The position numbers were made by a program, and so were the translations under genes. Under the pieces are notes generated by a model. That model did no database searches and was not told the origin of the DNA. It was given only the letters and a program-made list of their open reading frames with translations. Shown here in pieces: positions 9,151 through 17,199 of a DNA stretch of 32,000 nt. The DNA is from [Leptolyngbya] sp. JSC-1 (GTDB taxonomy: Bacteria > Cyanobacteriota > Cyanobacteriia > Elainellales > Elainellaceae), in assembly GCA_000733415.1 (NCBI GenBank), contig KL662191.1, positions 1,814,868 through 1,846,867 of the forward strand, written 5' to 3'. The stretch's first letter is position 1, and every line of letters begins with the position of its first letter.

Positions 9151-9675
9151 AAAATATCCTCCCATTGGGGTTGAAGGTGTCTAGAGCTTAGGTGTTCAAC
9201 TCAGGCTAGAGGGTAGGCAGCACAAAACGTTAGCGCTTGTGACTAGCGCGTTTGGGCTGCATCAAATTGGTTGCAATCGAGCAGGGAAAAACCCGAATCA
9301 GACAGCTTGGGAGGTGAGCGCAACAAAACTAGCTTGCCTAGGCGATTTGCTAGGCAAGGGGCGGCATCTGAAACGAATCTGAAAAATCTAAATTTGAGAA
9401 CCGAAACTTTGCCCTCAGGGCAAGCCCAACAAAGTTAATGAGTCCGGATAGTGGCAGCCTGGAGCGGCATTGCTTGAGTAGAGATCTGATTAATCATCAT
9501 AATTCAGTCATGAAGACTAGGATTTACGTATTGTAGCATGACTGTAGTATGTTGCAAGGGCCGGATGCTCCACAACGGCCTGAAAAACAAAAGGACAGCG
9601 TGATTAGTTCAGGCTGCCCTCCACAGTTTAACAATTTAATTGATTGGCTTAATTGATTAGCAACGATTAAACAGC

Positions 9676-9816
9676 TCAACCGACTGCATAGGCCGATTGC
9701 AACGCCCACACAATCAAGAATGCAATTGCGCCCAGGATCAAAATGCCAGAGAGCGCTACGACGGGTAGGCTGTCCGCCCCCTTAAATTCCATGATTCCTC
9801 GATTCAAGTCGGTCAT
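9676..9816 (-). CDS. Small membrane protein (46 aa, one TM helix)
   Basis: This is an internal start of ORF 9676-9864. The ATG (MTDLNRG...) has GGGAGGA about 10 nt upstream. The hydrophobic stretch is LPVVALSGILILGAIAFLIVWAL. No family recognised. Confidence 0.35.
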   Translation of the reverse strand: MTDLNRGIMEFKGADSLPVVALSGILILGAIAFLIVWALQSAYAVG

Positions 9817-10442
9817 AGGTTTGATGTCCTCCCACAACAGGATTAGCAGCAACCAAATTGCCAATAACTAGGTTAACAAGCGATTAACAAACATCAAACT
9901 GACGATCAATTTGATGCTGATTCAGCCAATTTCAGCCAAATCGAAGGCTCAAGGTCGAGTCTTCCTTCCCAATTCTAGCCAGAGTTCTGCCTCGATCAAG
10001 TCTAGAAAGCACACTTTAAGATTTTTTTCAAGAAAGATTTTGGGTCTATTTAGCCTGTTGATTCTACTCCTTGCCATCCGCGCCCAACGGCAAGAACCAT
10101 TCACCCTAAAGATCAGGCCGCGAGAGCAAAGCAATTCGACCGCTCCAGCATCTAACCCCTGGTAAATGGCCCGCTGGGGCTGCTAACGAGAAATTGAGCT
10201 GCTCATAGTTGAACCAGCTCTCGCCAATCCGCCAGCCCACAGCCGAACCAAACTGCTGATAGGCTTCGTAGTGAGTACCCACTTTTGCAAGAAAGTTAGA
10301 GAGGAGTTGTTTTTAAGTCTTTTTAGGTTGGCATGAACACTGTACTGTCTGCTATCTAGCTGCTATCTAAAGTTAAAAATAGCAAGTTTCTCGGCGTTCT
10401 ACTATATTTATCCTGTACGTAGAGCAGGCTTTTCAACGAACC

Positions 10443-11309
10443 ATGTCGAAGCCAATATTTGTGACTGGCGCAACTGGAAATGTGGGACAAGCAGTTATTG
10501 CTCTCTTATCCGAACAATCTATTCCAATGCGGATTGCAGCCCGCAGACCGCCAATCGAATCTAGCTCATCACTGGCGCAAACTGTCCATTTTGATTTCAC
10601 CAAGCCCGAAACTTATGCACCTGCCATTTCCGGGTGTCGCGCTGTGTTTCTGTTGCGGCCGCCAGCCATCGCCAACACCAAGCAAACGCTCAATCCCTTT
10701 ATTGACATCGCCTACGAGTCAGGGGCTGAACAGATTGTGTTCGTGTCGGTCACAGGAGCAGATCAGAATCCGTTTGTGCCTCATCATGCGGTCGAGCAGC
10801 ATCTAAAAGCTTGCAACCGCACTTACACTATTTTGCGGCCAGGGTTCTTTGCCCAGAATTTGGGCGATGCCTATCGGACGGATATTGTTGCAGATCATCG
10901 AATCTATTTGCCTGCGGGAACCGGCAACGTATGTTTCATCGATGCTCGCGATATTGCAGAAGTAGCAGTGCTTTCATTGTGCTTTCCGGAGCAACACCAG
11001 GGGAAAGGATACACGTTAGTTGGGCCAGAAGCACTGGCTTTCCATCAAGTTGCAGAGTTACTCAGTCAGCAGTTGAATCAGCAGATTACCTATGTTCCTG
11101 CATCGGTATTCGGCTACTGGCGTCATTTAAAGAAACGCGGCTTGCCAACGACTCAAATTGCCGTGCAAACAGTGCTGCATTTCGGCATCCGATTTGGACA
11201 AGCGAATATTCAGGACAGAACATTGGTTGAGCTACTGCCCCATCCACCCCGGCGTCTCTCAGACTATATTCGCGATCATCTACACCTCTGGCAGCTTAGC
11301 CCACACTAA
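10443..11309 (+). CDS. NmrA-like / atypical SDR NAD(P)-binding protein
   Basis: ORF track, 288 aa. The N-terminal Rossmann motif is IFVTGATGNVGQAV. Length and layout are typical of the NmrA/SDR-a5 family. Confidence 0.8.
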   Translation: MSKPIFVTGATGNVGQAVIALLSEQSIPMRIAARRPPIESSSSLAQTVHFDFTKPETYAPAISGCRAVFLLRPPAIANTKQTLNPFIDIAYESGAEQIVFVSVTGADQNPFVPHHAVEQHLKACNRTYTILRPGFFAQNLGDAYRTDIVADHRIYLPAGTGNVCFIDARDIAEVAVLSLCFPEQHQGKGYTLVGPEALAFHQVAELLSQQLNQQITYVPASVFGYWRHLKKRGLPTTQIAVQTVLHFGIRFGQANIQDRTLVELLPHPPRRLSDYIRDHLHLWQLSPH

Positions 11310-11459
11310 TGAGAGCGGCAATAAAAGATCCTGTAATTTGTTGTAGCCACAGGAATCAACCCTACCCTTCGTAAGGGGGCTAGGAGGGATCAATCAGAAT
11401 TTGCGATCTACTGAGGCTGCCCTTGTCCCATATCCCCAGGTTCTATCGCCTCTGATTCT

Positions 11460-12155
11460 CTACTCTTTCACGACCTTATTGATAAACGACGCGAACACGA
11501 TCAGGTTGTCTTGATAATGGCGTGTTCGGTAATCAAACCGACCAGCACAGGTAATCAACCGCAATGTAGGTTCAGGCGTTTTTCTGTAAACGGCATCGGT
11601 AGGGAACGCATCTTTAGGAACTTGCTGAAGCCGTTCCACCTTGAATCTCACGGCCTGCTCAGTAGGATCCATGATTTGGATTTCATCACCGGGTTGCAGC
11701 TCGCGCAGACGATAAAACGCGGCTGGACCTGACGTTGAGTCAAGATGACCCACAACTACGGCAGCTCCCGGCTCCCCAGGACGTGCTCCCCCCATCCACC
11801 ACCCCGCTCTAGCAAAATCCTCTGGAACCTGAAGAGTGCCGTCCGCATTCAGGCCAAGCTGAATTACATGTGTATTGACCTCAATGGCAGGAATATGAAT
11901 CCAGGTGGGGTCAATACCTGAAAAGTCAGGAGTTGCCTCTGCTGCCTGAACTGTCTGAGATGCCGCGAGTTCACCGCTATCAGCTGGTGTGACTGCTGGA
12001 GAGTCCGCAACCGCCGGAGCAGCCGCTGGAGCAGTCACTGGAGAAACAGAATTTGCCACGAGCCGATCAGAATTTACCGCACCCGTGGCCATTCTCTCAG
12101 CCATCCCCACTGTGGTACCCAGCATCATTCCAGACAGGAACGATAAATACAGCAA
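11460..12155 (-). CDS. Class F sortase (transpeptidase)
   Basis: ORF track, 231 aa with a TTG start. It has an N-terminal membrane anchor. The catalytic His context is AAVVVGHLDS, followed by FYRLRELQPGDEI and the catalytic Cys in TLRLITCAG. It matches the class F sortase pattern as I remember it. Confidence 0.8.
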   Translation of the reverse strand: MLYLSFLSGMMLGTTVGMAERMATGAVNSDRLVANSVSPVTAPAAAPAVADSPAVTPADSGELAASQTVQAAEATPDFSGIDPTWIHIPAIEVNTHVIQLGLNADGTLQVPEDFARAGWWMGGARPGEPGAAVVVGHLDSTSGPAAFYRLRELQPGDEIQIMDPTEQAVRFKVERLQQVPKDAFPTDAVYRKTPEPTLRLITCAGRFDYRTRHYQDNLIVFASFINKVVKE

Positions 12156-12176
12156 GAGCCATACGGTACCAGATGC

Positions 12177-12947
12177 TTATAAGGTTGCGGCCAACTCTGC
12201 AATCTCATCCGCACCTCTGATCGGAATTCGTCGATCAAAAGATTGATCAAAATCTTTAATTGAGCGAGCCGTTTCTGTAAGCAATTCTAATGGTGAGAGG
12301 ACTTTACCAATCGCAATCCAGGCCAGAATTAGCGCTAGCAACAGTACGCTAATAATCACTCGAGCGGCCACCAACACCGCTTGATCAATTTCTCTTTTTA
12401 AGTTACTGAGAGAATGCGCGACAACAAACACGCCAAAATTATTGTTTAGTGTTTAAATCGGTTGAGCTAGATAAATGATGGTCTCTCGTTCCGTGGATGT
12501 TTGCCCTTGAATCGGGGATTCAGTTTGAGCTAGCGATCGCAATAGGCTAATATTGCTACTCAAGGCATCGGGTAAAGCAATTGGACTAGTTTGATACACG
12601 TCCCCATTCAGTAGCGTAATTAAAAATTCATCATCATCAGGCACGCTACGAGATAAAAACACATCAAAAATGGCTGCAACATCGTTGCCAAAGGGCTTCC
12701 CGGTCGCCGGGTTGCGTCCATTTGCTAACTTTTGAATTTCCTCAACCTCTTGTTCTAGTGAGCGCTGGACCCGATCCAACAACTGGGCAAACAAAATTTG
12801 CCGGATTGTAAAGATTGCAACAACCGTTGAAAGGGCAATCAGAACCACCAACCAAACTAAAATCCGTGCCCGTGCACCGAGAAAAAATTTGCGCCATCTC
12901 ATGGCTAATACCTTACCCGAAGAGCCTGAAGCACTCAATCGCCTCAC
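12177..12947 (-). pseudogene. Sensor histidine kinase remnant: TM1, periplasmic domain, TM2 and HAMP only, with an in-frame TAA and no kinase core
   Basis: ORFs 12453-12947 and 12177-12431 are in the same frame, separated by a single TAA (12453-12455): ...IIYLAQPI*TLNNNFGVFVVAHS.... The second part ends in the HAMP-like RRIPIRGADEIAELAATL*, at the point where intact kinases continue with FNEML and the HisKA/HATPase domains. Those domains are absent. Confidence 0.65.
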
Positions 12948-13145
12948 GGAATCTCTCAGAGAATATACGTCACTGGGTAATCGGGATGCTTGGGATTAGG
13001 AACCAGCCTTTGGTTCTTGCAGTCCACCAACAGGTCCAGCTTTTCCAATACCACCTGCCCAATCAGTACCTCATCACCGGCTACTAGGGCATCTTCTATG
13101 GTTCGTCCCAACTATAGAGTCCCCTTTTGCCTAGCTTGTTGGACC

Positions 13146-13802
13146 TCAGCGACGGCGGGCTTGCAGCTTGCGGTACACCTCACGGATGTCTACCTGGTGA
13201 TGGGCCAGAGCTACCATCGTGTGATAGAGCAGGTCAGCGACTTCGCCAGCAATTGCGTCTTTATCATCGTCTTTGAACGCCATTACCACCTCTGCCGACT
13301 CTTCGCCGATTTTTTTCAGAATTTTGTTGTCGCCACCCTCGAATAACTTGCAGGTGTAGGAGTCTGGGTTGGGATGATCGCGGCGGTCGCAAATTACCTC
13401 AAACACCTGAGACAGTGTATCGGCTGGGGGAGCCTTGATCGACCCCTCGATTTGGTGGAAGCAGCTTCGTTCGCCGGTGTGGCAGGCAATGTCGCCAATT
13501 TGCTCGACGGTGACTAGAATCGCGTCGCTGTCGCAGTCATAGCGCATGGATTTGACCTGCTGCAAATGCCCCGAAGTTGCACCCTTATGCCAAAATTCTT
13601 GCCGCGAGCGGCTCCAAAACCAGGTTTCGCCGGTCTCCAGGGTTTTCTGGAGTGATTCCTGATTCATCCAGGCCATCATCAGCACCGTCCCATCTAAGTA
13701 GTCCTGAACAATGGCAGGCACCAAACCCTGTTCGTTGTAACGGATTTGCTCGACTGGAATGGCAGACTGGAAGGTTACAGCAGGAGTAGACATAGTTTTC
13801 AA
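13146..13802 (-). CDS. hisIE: Bifunctional phosphoribosyl-AMP cyclohydrolase / phosphoribosyl-ATP pyrophosphatase
   Basis: ORF track, 218 aa. The HisI core is GLVPAIVQD...[10 protein letters not shown]...[19 protein letters not shown]...[27 protein letters not shown]. The HisE part is [26 protein letters not shown]...EVADLLYH. Confidence 0.95.
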   Translation of the reverse strand: MKTMSTPAVTFQSAIPVEQIRYNEQGLVPAIVQDYLDGTVLMMAWMNQESLQKTLETGETWFWSRSRQEFWHKGATSGHLQQVKSMRYDCDSDAILVTVEQIGDIACHTGERSCFHQIEGSIKAPPADTLSQVFEVICDRRDHPNPDSYTCKLFEGGDNKILKKIGEESAEVVMAFKDDDKDAIAGEVADLLYHTMVALAHHQVDIREVYRKLQARRR

Positions 13803-13803
13803 T

Positions 13804-13842
13804 GGGTTTCAACGGTTTTAACGGGTTTTAACGGGTTTCAAC
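13804..13842. repeat. Tandem motif of about 10 bp x4 (gggtttYaac) with phased A/T tracts, abutting the hisIE start
   Basis: Read directly: gggtttcaac ggttttaac gggttttaac gggtttcaac. It starts 2 nt from the hisIE start codon, inside the hisIE/hemL divergent region. Confidence 0.85.
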
Positions 13843-14026
13843 GTCTTGTAATAGCAGGTATTTTCATTATCGATGAAGGCACGACCGAGATAATCAATCG
13901 CTTCACTGGATCAGAGGGTCGATTAGGGCACTGCCGATTTAGGATAAGTAGAAGTGAGTCAATCAAGTCATCAATCGCTGTGACTTTGGATCGATAGTCG
14001 GTTGAAGCGTATAAGAGGAGAGAATT

Positions 14027-15325
14027 TTGGTTACTACGCCCCTTAAGACTACAAAATCAGAAGAAATCTTTGCAGCCGCTCAAAAGCTGATGCCCGGTGG
14101 GGTTAGCTCTCCGGTACGGGCCTTCAAATCCGTGGGTGGGCAGCCGATTGTGTTTGACCATGTCAAGGGTGCCTATATCTGGGATGTGGACGGCAATCAG
14201 TATATTGATTACGTCGGCACCTGGGGACCGGCCATCTGCGGCCATGCCCATCCAGAGGTGTTGGCAGCTCTGCGGGACGCACTCGAAAAGGGTACCAGCT
14301 TTGGCGCACCCTGCTATTTGGAAAACGTGCTGGCAGAAATGGTAATCGACGCTGTTCCCAGCATTGAAATGGTGCGGTTTGTCAACTCTGGTACTGAAGC
14401 CTGTATGGGTGTGCTGCGGCTGATGCGAGCCTTTACCGGACGCGACAAGCTGATCAAGTTTGAAGGCTGCTACCACGGCCATGCCGATATGTTTCTGGTA
14501 AAAGCCGGTTCCGGGGTGGCGACGCTGGGCTTACCCGATTCCCCTGGTGTGCCCAAATCCACCACAGCCAACACCCTGACCGCCCCCTACAACGATCTAG
14601 ACGCCGTCAAGCAGTTGTTTGAAGAAAATCCGGACCAAATCGCGGGCGTGATCCTAGAACCCGTCGTCGGCAATGCCGGATTCATTCCACCCGATGCTGG
14701 TTTTCTAGAAGGACTGCGCCTTTTGACCCAAGAGCATGGTGCGCTGCTAGTATTCGACGAAGTGATGACCGGCTTCCGGATTGCCTACGGCGGCGCGCAA
14801 GAGAAATTTGGCATCACGCCGGATCTGACCACGCTAGGCAAAATCATCGGCGGCGGTTTGCCGGTCGGGGCCTATGGCGGACGCAAGGAGATTATGCAGC
14901 TCGTGGCTCCTGCCGGTCCAATGTATCAGGCGGGCACACTTTCCGGGAATCCCCTCGCTATGACGGCTGGGATCAAAACCCTAGAGCTATTGCAGCGTCC
15001 GGGCACCTATGAGCAGCTCGACCGGATTACCAAAAAACTGTCGGATGGCCTGCTGCAAATCGCTCAAGAAACCGGCCACGCCGCCTGCGGTGGGCAAATC
15101 AGCGGCATGTTTGGCTTCTTCTTTACCGAAGGCCCGGTTCACAACTACGAAGACGCCAAAAAATCCGACACCGCCAAGTTCGGACGCTTCCATCGCGGCA
15201 TGCTAGAGCACGGCATCTATCTTGCCCCCTCCCAGTTTGAGGCTGGATTCACCTCCCTCGCCCACACCGACGAGGACATTGACCGCACCCTAGAAGCCGC
15301 TAGAGCCGTAATGGCAAGCCTTTAA
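14027..15325 (+). CDS. hemL: Glutamate-1-semialdehyde 2,1-aminomutase
   Basis: ORF track, 432 aa with a TTG start. Recognisable segments are [34 protein letters not shown] and [10 protein letters not shown]...[20 protein letters not shown] (PLP lysine context). Confidence 0.95.
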   Translation: MVTTPLKTTKSEEIFAAAQKLMPGGVSSPVRAFKSVGGQPIVFDHVKGAYIWDVDGNQYIDYVGTWGPAICGHAHPEVLAALRDALEKGTSFGAPCYLENVLAEMVIDAVPSIEMVRFVNSGTEACMGVLRLMRAFTGRDKLIKFEGCYHGHADMFLVKAGSGVATLGLPDSPGVPKSTTANTLTAPYNDLDAVKQLFEENPDQIAGVILEPVVGNAGFIPPDAGFLEGLRLLTQEHGALLVFDEVMTGFRIAYGGAQEKFGITPDLTTLGKIIGGGLPVGAYGGRKEIMQLVAPAGPMYQAGTLSGNPLAMTAGIKTLELLQRPGTYEQLDRITKKLSDGLLQIAQETGHAACGGQISGMFGFFFTEGPVHNYEDAKKSDTAKFGRFHRGMLEHGIYLAPSQFEAGFTSLAHTDEDIDRTLEAARAVMASL

Positions 15326-15364
15326 GCTTAAAGGCTAAACAACAACGAAAACAATGTGAACGAT

Positions 15365-15397
15365 GTCCTCTCTCAGGTGAGGACTATTTTTTGTTTT
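15365..15397 (+). terminator. Rho-independent terminator candidate downstream of hemL
   Basis: The GTCCTC (15365-15370) / GAGGAC (15379-15384) stem has an 8-nt loop and is followed by tATTTTTTGTTTT. Confidence 0.6.
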
Positions 15398-15621
15398 GAG
15401 GATTCTCAGATTTGGATCTTTTTGGAGCTTTAAAGTAGTATCGGTTCACTTGTACTAATTTTGGGCTGTACTAATTTTGGGCTGTACTCGTGAATTCGGA
15501 CCCATCAATCACCGCGTCGGTCACTTGGCTGATCAGTCCCTTGGCTAATGAGGATATATGACTAAAAGAACCAATAATAAGCAGTGTAAATCTTACAGTA
15601 TCAACGTGATTCAAGGCCAAA

Positions 15622-16212
15622 TTACTGGTTTTGCCTAAACTCTCTAACTGCTTGAGGTCGGGACTCAATCGCTGCGCACTGAGCCAGTCGTTCAAGATTG
15701 ATACCCTTAACGAATTGGCTTTTGTTTGCTTTTTGGTAGTTCGTTAGAACCAATTGATAGACACTGATCTCACCATCTTCCCAAAACCAGACCTCTTGAA
15801 CTCCTAATGCCTTGTATCGCTTAAGTTTGTCGGGTCCACCGCTGGTGATGATAACTTCTATTGCCAAGTCTGGAATTGATTTCCTTACACCAAAACAATA
15901 GGACTCATCTGCTTGAGCCGAAGCTACCGCTTCCTTTTCTTGAGAGAACGAACCCGTGGCAACAAACTCCATTCCCTGATTGAGCATGAAATCTTCGAGT
16001 AGATAACCAATATTGCCTTTCACAATTTCATGTTCTGGTGCAGTAGACAAAATCTCTAGCTCTCCCTCGTAGTAGAACAGGCGAACTCCAGGTGAGCCAG
16101 CGAAACCACTTTGAATCGCCTTAAAACTCTCCCAACTCACACCAGTTTGGATAAATCGCTGTTCAGCGGGTTTGCCTAGAAGCTGGGTCATCATGGTTGC
16201 CCTCTGCTGCAA
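15622..16212 (-). CDS. Uma2 family (DUF820) putative PD-(D/E)xK endonuclease
   Basis: ORF track, 196 aa; the start may be the MMTQ methionines at 16194/16191. ...YYEGELEILSTAPEHE...ADESYCFG...PDLAIEVIITSGGPDKLKRYKALGVQEVWFWEDGEISVYQL fits the Uma2 pattern (E...D-x-EV core, then Y...G-V-x-E-Y/VW). Confidence 0.85.
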   Translation of the reverse strand: MQQRATMMTQLLGKPAEQRFIQTGVSWESFKAIQSGFAGSPGVRLFYYEGELEILSTAPEHEIVKGNIGYLLEDFMLNQGMEFVATGSFSQEKEAVASAQADESYCFGVRKSIPDLAIEVIITSGGPDKLKRYKALGVQEVWFWEDGEISVYQLVLTNYQKANKSQFVKGINLERLAQCAAIESRPQAVREFRQNQ

Positions 16213-16508
16213 TCGTCTGCCTATGATCCACGATACGATACACTCAATCTAACTGTCACACTATATCTGTCACACTATGCCTGTGAACGGGGGCGTTCAC
16301 AGGCCGCTAGCAGCTTTATTCCTTATTCCTTCTGCAATGCTGTCACTCCTGGATCCTAAAGCACTGCTGCTTAGACGTAGACAGATAATATTCAAACCAC
16401 TGCCACAACCCAGAATGCAAGCTGCCCAACAGGAAAGGACTAGAAGCAATACAAATTTGAGTTCTAGGTCTTGAGTCTTCAGTTGATTTCCGCTCGATTT
16501 CAATTCAA

Positions 16509-16562
16509 AACTCAAAACTTAGAACTCAAAACTTAGAACTCAAAACTTAGAACTCAAAACTT
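16509..16562. repeat. 14-bp tandem repeat (aactcaaaacttag), about 3.9 units, abutting the smtA stop codon
   Basis: Read directly: three perfect units at 16509-16550 plus a partial unit. The array ends 2-3 nt from the smtA stop (16565-16567). Confidence 0.9.
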
Positions 16563-16564
16563 TT

Positions 16565-16729
16565 TTAGCATCCACATCCCGTGTGGCCACAGCCATGCTG
16601 ACCGTTCTGATGGCCGTCGGCACAGGCTTGGCTGCAATAGTATTTGCCTTCTTTTTCTACAGCCTGGTCTACGGAAACGACGCAAAGGCAAGGCTCACAG
16701 GCGCATTTCATTTGAGTAACGGTTGTCAT
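16565..16729 (-). CDS. smtA: Cyanobacterial SmtA/BmtA-type metallothionein (54 aa)
   Basis: It is absent from the ORF track (under 60 aa). My minus-strand translation is MTTVTQMKCACEPCLCVVSVDQAVEKEGKYYCSQACADGHQNGQHGCGHTGCGC. It is collinear with Synechococcus SmtA as I remember it (KCACEPCLC...YYCSEACADGH...GCGHTGCNC), and all Cys/His ligands are conserved. GGAGAA lies upstream of the ATG. Confidence 0.9.
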   Translation of the reverse strand: MTTVTQMKCACEPCLCVVSVDQAVEKEGKYYCSQACADGHQNGQHGCGHTGCGC

Positions 16730-16768
16730 TAGTTTTCTCCTAGGTCGCTTTCACATTATTAGAATAAC

Positions 16769-16788
16769 ATCTGAACAGATATTCAGAT
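16769..16788. promoter_or_regulatory. ArsR/SmtB-type operator candidate (ATCTGAA-N6-TTCAGAT, core TGAACA-GA-TATTCA) in the smtA 5' region
   Basis: The inverted repeat atctgaacagatattcagat lies 40 nt upstream of the smtA ATG. From memory, the core resembles the TGAACA-N2-TATTCA centre of the 12-2-12 SmtB/ArsR operator. Confidence 0.5.
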
Positions 16789-16867
16789 ATTGTTGTAAGT
16801 AAATCTTTAAAATCCAGATGGCTAAAAGCTGACGGCATAGCAGGCCAAATACAGTGTTTTTCACTCA

Positions 16868-16955
16868 TGTGGGGGTGTGGGGGTGTGGGGGTGTGGGGGT
16901 GTGGGGGTGTGGGAGTGTGGGAGTGTGGGAGTGTGGGAGTGTGGGAGTGTGGGGG
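16868..16955 (+). repeat. 8-bp G-rich tandem array: (TGTGGGGG)x5, (TGTGGGAG)x5, (TGTGGGGG)x1
   Basis: Read directly, 11 units. The plus strand carries many G3-G5 runs separated by 3 nt, so it has G-quadruplex potential. The last unit merges into the 60-bp dispersed element. Confidence 0.9.
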
Positions 16956-17006
16956 CACTACCCCTGTCCCCCGTTTTTCGTACTTCACTAGCCTGAAAAA
17001 GGCTGT
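16947..17006 (+). repeat. Dispersed 60-bp element, copy 2
   Basis: gtgtgggggcactacccctgtcccccgtttttcgtacttcactagcctgaaaaaggctgt matches 7155-7214 at 57 of 60 positions. Confidence 0.85.
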
Positions 17007-17199
17007 GATTTGGCCTAATTATTTGGCCTAATTATTTAGCCAACAGTTCTGCCTATTCCCTCTTGCACTCTTCAAAAAATAGTTATAAAATAACGATTGT
17101 TCGATATAAATAAATTCTGCCCCTGCTTGAGAAGTATGAAATGACACGCGCAAGCGTCATCATTGAAGGAGGTGAGAACCCGCCTAATCACATCGCATC

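Noticed and set aside
10105-10290. A short minus-strand frame reading VGTHYEAYQQFGSAVGWRIGESWFNYEQLNFS..., faintly reminiscent of the C-terminal strands of an outer-membrane beta-barrel.
   Set aside because: It is under 60 codons with only a GTG start, and the resemblance is too weak to call a gene or a pseudogene without a database search.
15471-15695. A 74-aa minus-strand ORF overlapping the 3' end of the Uma2 gene. A 16-bp duplication (tgtactaattttgggc x2.4, 15451-15488) lies nearby.
   Set aside because: The ORF overlaps the well-supported Uma2 frame and has no motif. The duplication is real but small and lies in the convergent hemL/Uma2 terminator region, so I did not raise it as a finding.
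16740-16988. An 82-aa minus-strand ORF reading PHSHTPTLPHSHTPTPPHPHTPTPPHPH.
   Set aside because: It is merely the translation of the 8-bp G-rich tandem array and the dispersed 60-bp element. It has low complexity and no ribosome-binding site, and it overlaps the smtA promoter/operator region.
17130-17199. A strong GAAGGAGGTG Shine-Dalgarno-like sequence and an imperfect palindrome ATGACACGC...GCGTCAT upstream of the TetR gene, considered as a possible leader peptide or operator.
   Set aside because: No start codon lies at a usable distance from the SD-like sequence, because the TetR ATG is about 27 nt away. The palindrome needs a 2-nt bulge. This is too speculative without TSS data.
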